Assembly: GCA_020632075.1 (NCBI GenBank)
Contig: JACKGH010000001.1
Coordinates: 259,216 to 323,215 of the forward strand
Direction of reading: 5' to 3'
Source of the DNA: Candidatus Nomurabacteria bacterium
GTDB lineage: Bacteria > Patescibacteriota > Minisyncoccia > Phycocordibacterales > UBA918
DNA: 64,000 nucleotides
The translations under genes were made by a program, and so were the position numbers. Of the stretch, positions 61,658-64,000 are shown in pieces. Position 1 is the first letter of the stretch. The number at the start of each line of letters is the position of its first letter. The notes under the pieces were generated by a model. That model saw only the letters and a list, made by a program, of their open reading frames with translations, was not told the origin of the DNA and searched no databases.

Positions 61658-62458
61658 ATGCAACTCCACACCAGCGATAATCCAGCCAAGGAGCTGGGGC
61701 AGGCGATCAGTACAGCGATCAATGAACACGACGGGGACGTGGTCTGCTTGCTATCGGGCGGATCAGCGCTGGATGTGGTAGAGCACATAAATATCACACG
61801 TTCGCCTGGTCGACTACCTGAGAATCGCCCGGTCCTCGCAGATGACATTTCTGCTGCGGGGGCATCCCTACAGGCAGTCGACCAGACTTCAGAAAGTAAC
61901 TCGAATAAACCTGAATGTCGCACAATATTCATGATGGGGGATGAACGGGGGAGCAGGGAGCCTGAGATCAACAACACCTTACAACTGCTCGCGCGGCATC
62001 CGAACCATCCAGTCAGTCACATGCTCCTAGAGACCATTCCAGAGGAAAACGAATCCTTGGAAGATTTTGCAGCTAGAATTGAAAAAACTTTTTTGCAAAA
62101 AATTTCGCAGCTTCAGAATCCAAAAATATTCATGATCCTAGGTATGGGTCCAGACGGGCACACAGCCGGAATTTTTCCGTTGCCCGAAGAAGTGTTCCAA
62201 GAGATCTACCGACCCGACTCTACCTACGTCCCAGTACACGTCGAAGGCCTTACAATCGATTCTAGAGCCTCGCTGACTCCGTCTTGGATCCTAGATCATG
62301 TAGATCAGGTCCTAGGGTTCATAGTTGGCGAATCCAAAGCTGAGATGCTGGAGTCATTGGTAACTGAATCCAAAAAGCTGCATGAACGGCCAGCTGAGCT
62401 ACTGAAGCTGCATAAGGACGCTCATATCTACACAGACCTATACATAGATTCAAAATAG
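61658..62458 (+). CDS. pgl: 6-phosphogluconolactonase
   Basis: ILGMGPDGHTAGIFP. Confidence 0.8.
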   Translation: MQLHTSDNPAKELGQAISTAINEHDGDVVCLLSGGSALDVVEHINITRSPGRLPENRPVLADDISAAGASLQAVDQTSESNSNKPECRTIFMMGDERGSREPEINNTLQLLARHPNHPVSHMLLETIPEENESLEDFAARIEKTFLQKISQLQNPKIFMILGMGPDGHTAGIFPLPEEVFQEIYRPDSTYVPVHVEGLTIDSRASLTPSWILDHVDQVLGFIVGESKAEMLESLVTESKKLHERPAELLKLHKDAHIYTDLYIDSK

Positions 62459-62568
62459 GCTCTAGAGAAGGGTTATACGGCATTGCAATATATGCCGTAT
62501 TTGCCATATTGATTATGTCGCAAAAGATATATTGTGCGACGTAAGGGAATATAAAAAGAAATAGCTTA

Positions 62569-63357
62569 CTATTCCTCTGCCACATACACCCCACCGAGGA
62601 AGTGGCCCATAGTCTGGTCGTAGTCCGGCCGATGTGCGGTTAAATGTATCGTTCGCTCTCCCCCTCGTGTCAGTCGAGACTCTATCTCCGGATGTGCAGC
62701 CAGATAGCTTTGCAATTTTTCTGGAATAATTTCATCCTGGGAAATGATCTGCTTCTTATTGCCAAAATGAGCTCGAAGCTCATCTTTGATCTGCGTGTAA
62801 TGCGTACACCCGAGTACAACCACCTCACTCTCCCCTCCTTCCCCCTCTAGCCTCGAAATCGCCTGCACGGCTGCAGCTTCAAGTTCATTCATTTCAATGA
62901 GTGGTACGAGCTCAGGCGTCGCGATCTGCACGAGCTTCGTGTTTCCGTTTCCTTTATGATCGAGTTCTAGCTGATACTTACCCGACTCAACGGTTCGTTT
63001 GGTGCCAATCAGCGCTACTGTGGTCGGCGCGCCGAACTCCAGCTCCTCGATCGTCGGCACAATGATCCCGAGAATCTTGCGATCGGGGTATTCCTCCGGC
63101 AGAAACTCATTCTGGAGTCGGCGCGCCGTCTCTGCCGAAGCTGTATTGCACGCAATGATGACTAGCACTGCTCCACCCTCAAAGAGATAACGCACCCCCT
63201 CCTTAGTGAGTTCATATATCTCTTGCTCAGTTTTGTCGCCGTACGGGAGGTGTGCAGTATCACCATAGAATGAGTAGTCGTATTCTGGCAGCATCTTTAC
63301 TACCGCCCTGAGTACTGTCAGTCCGCCGAGTCCAGAATCAAAAAAACCGATTTTCAT
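62569..63357 (-). CDS. murI: glutamate racemase
   Basis: FDSGLGGLTV, IACNTAS, GCTHY. Confidence 0.9.
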   Translation of the reverse strand: MKIGFFDSGLGGLTVLRAVVKMLPEYDYSFYGDTAHLPYGDKTEQEIYELTKEGVRYLFEGGAVLVIIACNTASAETARRLQNEFLPEEYPDRKILGIIVPTIEELEFGAPTTVALIGTKRTVESGKYQLELDHKGNGNTKLVQIATPELVPLIEMNELEAAAVQAISRLEGEGGESEVVVLGCTHYTQIKDELRAHFGNKKQIISQDEIIPEKLQSYLAAHPEIESRLTRGGERTIHLTAHRPDYDQTMGHFLGGVYVAEE

Positions 63358-63400
63358 GTGGCTAGATTATACTGCACAAACAAAAAAGGTGTAGCCGTAG

Positions 63401-63850
63401 CTACACTCTTTTCTTGCTGTTTAGCTCAGCAAGTACATGTTTTGGCAGGAATGACACATAGACCCTCTGACTTGTTTTCGCGCAAAAAAACTTAAAGCGC
63501 TGCACCACACCCGCACGATCATCCATCGACCCGACCAGGTGGTAGTCGTGAGTAGGACCACTTATCGGCCACCTAAAAAGTACAACGCCATTCTGCTGAC
63601 CTGGCTCAAGAGAGAAAGTGTCAGGTCTTAAGACCCAGGCAACACCACGCTCGCCTTCTACCCGAGCCATCAGTTGTCTTGGGACGTGTCTGTCGCGAAA
63701 GCCTAGAAATTCCATCGCCATGTCGATCGATTCGAATTGCAACGGCTCTGTTGACTGCTGTATCGATTCAGTCATTTCATTCATGGGATACACCAAAAGA
63801 TCAAGGTTAGAAGCTAAGTAAAACTGTACTACTTTTTTAAAATTAGTCAA
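63401..63850 (-). CDS. hypothetical protein
   Basis: ORF only. Confidence 0.4.
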   Translation of the reverse strand: MTNFKKVVQFYLASNLDLLVYPMNEMTESIQQSTEPLQFESIDMAMEFLGFRDRHVPRQLMARVEGERGVAWVLRPDTFSLEPGQQNGVVLFRWPISGPTHDYHLVGSMDDRAGVVQRFKFFCAKTSQRVYVSFLPKHVLAELNSKKRV

Positions 63851-64000
63851 TATAAAAAGAACGGCGTCTAGCGCCGTTCAAGGACATGTTTGTGGGATGA
63901 AGTTCAATCAAATACAAGATGAAATCTCATCTGTGACTTTGCTTTTTTAGCAACAAAATACCAGTCGTTCCCGTGTGTGTTCGGACCGGACTGCAGCACC

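Overview
This 64 kb window is a dense, mostly housekeeping stretch of a small-genome bacterium. Gene content and organisation suggest Patescibacteria/CPR (Saccharibacteria-like), but that is inference only. The support for that is short proteins, many apparently leaderless genes, an F-type ATPase operon with no delta subunit and a truncated epsilon, and an AlaRS lacking the C-terminal domain. About 50% GC is my impression, not a count. No rRNA or tRNA genes and no CRISPR array were found. Recognisable genes include leuS, mltG, mnmA, a pair of M16 peptidases, atpZ-B-E-F-A-G-D-C on the minus strand and alaS. A ribosomal cluster runs infA-rpmJ-rpsM-rpsK-rpsD-rpoA-rplQ-rplM-rpsI. Also present are grpE-dnaK-dnaJ, speH, trpS, aspS preceded by a T-box leader, pepA, scpA-scpB, a cell-wall block (dacA-like, mraY, ftsW, murG), gltX, an M23 peptidase, an oxidative pentose-phosphate cluster (zwf-gnd-pgl) and murI. 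Candidates for something novel: (1) a complete Nudix-fold domain inserted into LeuRS; (2) an ATP-cone domain fused to an Mrr-like PD-(D/E)xK nuclease, next to a Cas4-like nuclease and an Atl/MGMT-like operon; (3) speH followed by a divergent PurD-like ATP-grasp ligase and a DMT transporter; (4) a sigma-70 region 4 plus HARE-HTH protein paired with an unknown membrane protein; (5) an actin-fold ATPase paired with a large bitopic membrane protein behind tandem terminators. A recurring promoter pattern (TACAAT/TATAAT -10 a few nt before the ATG) suggests widespread leaderless translation. Everything here rests on reading the sequence and the ORF track, with no database searches.
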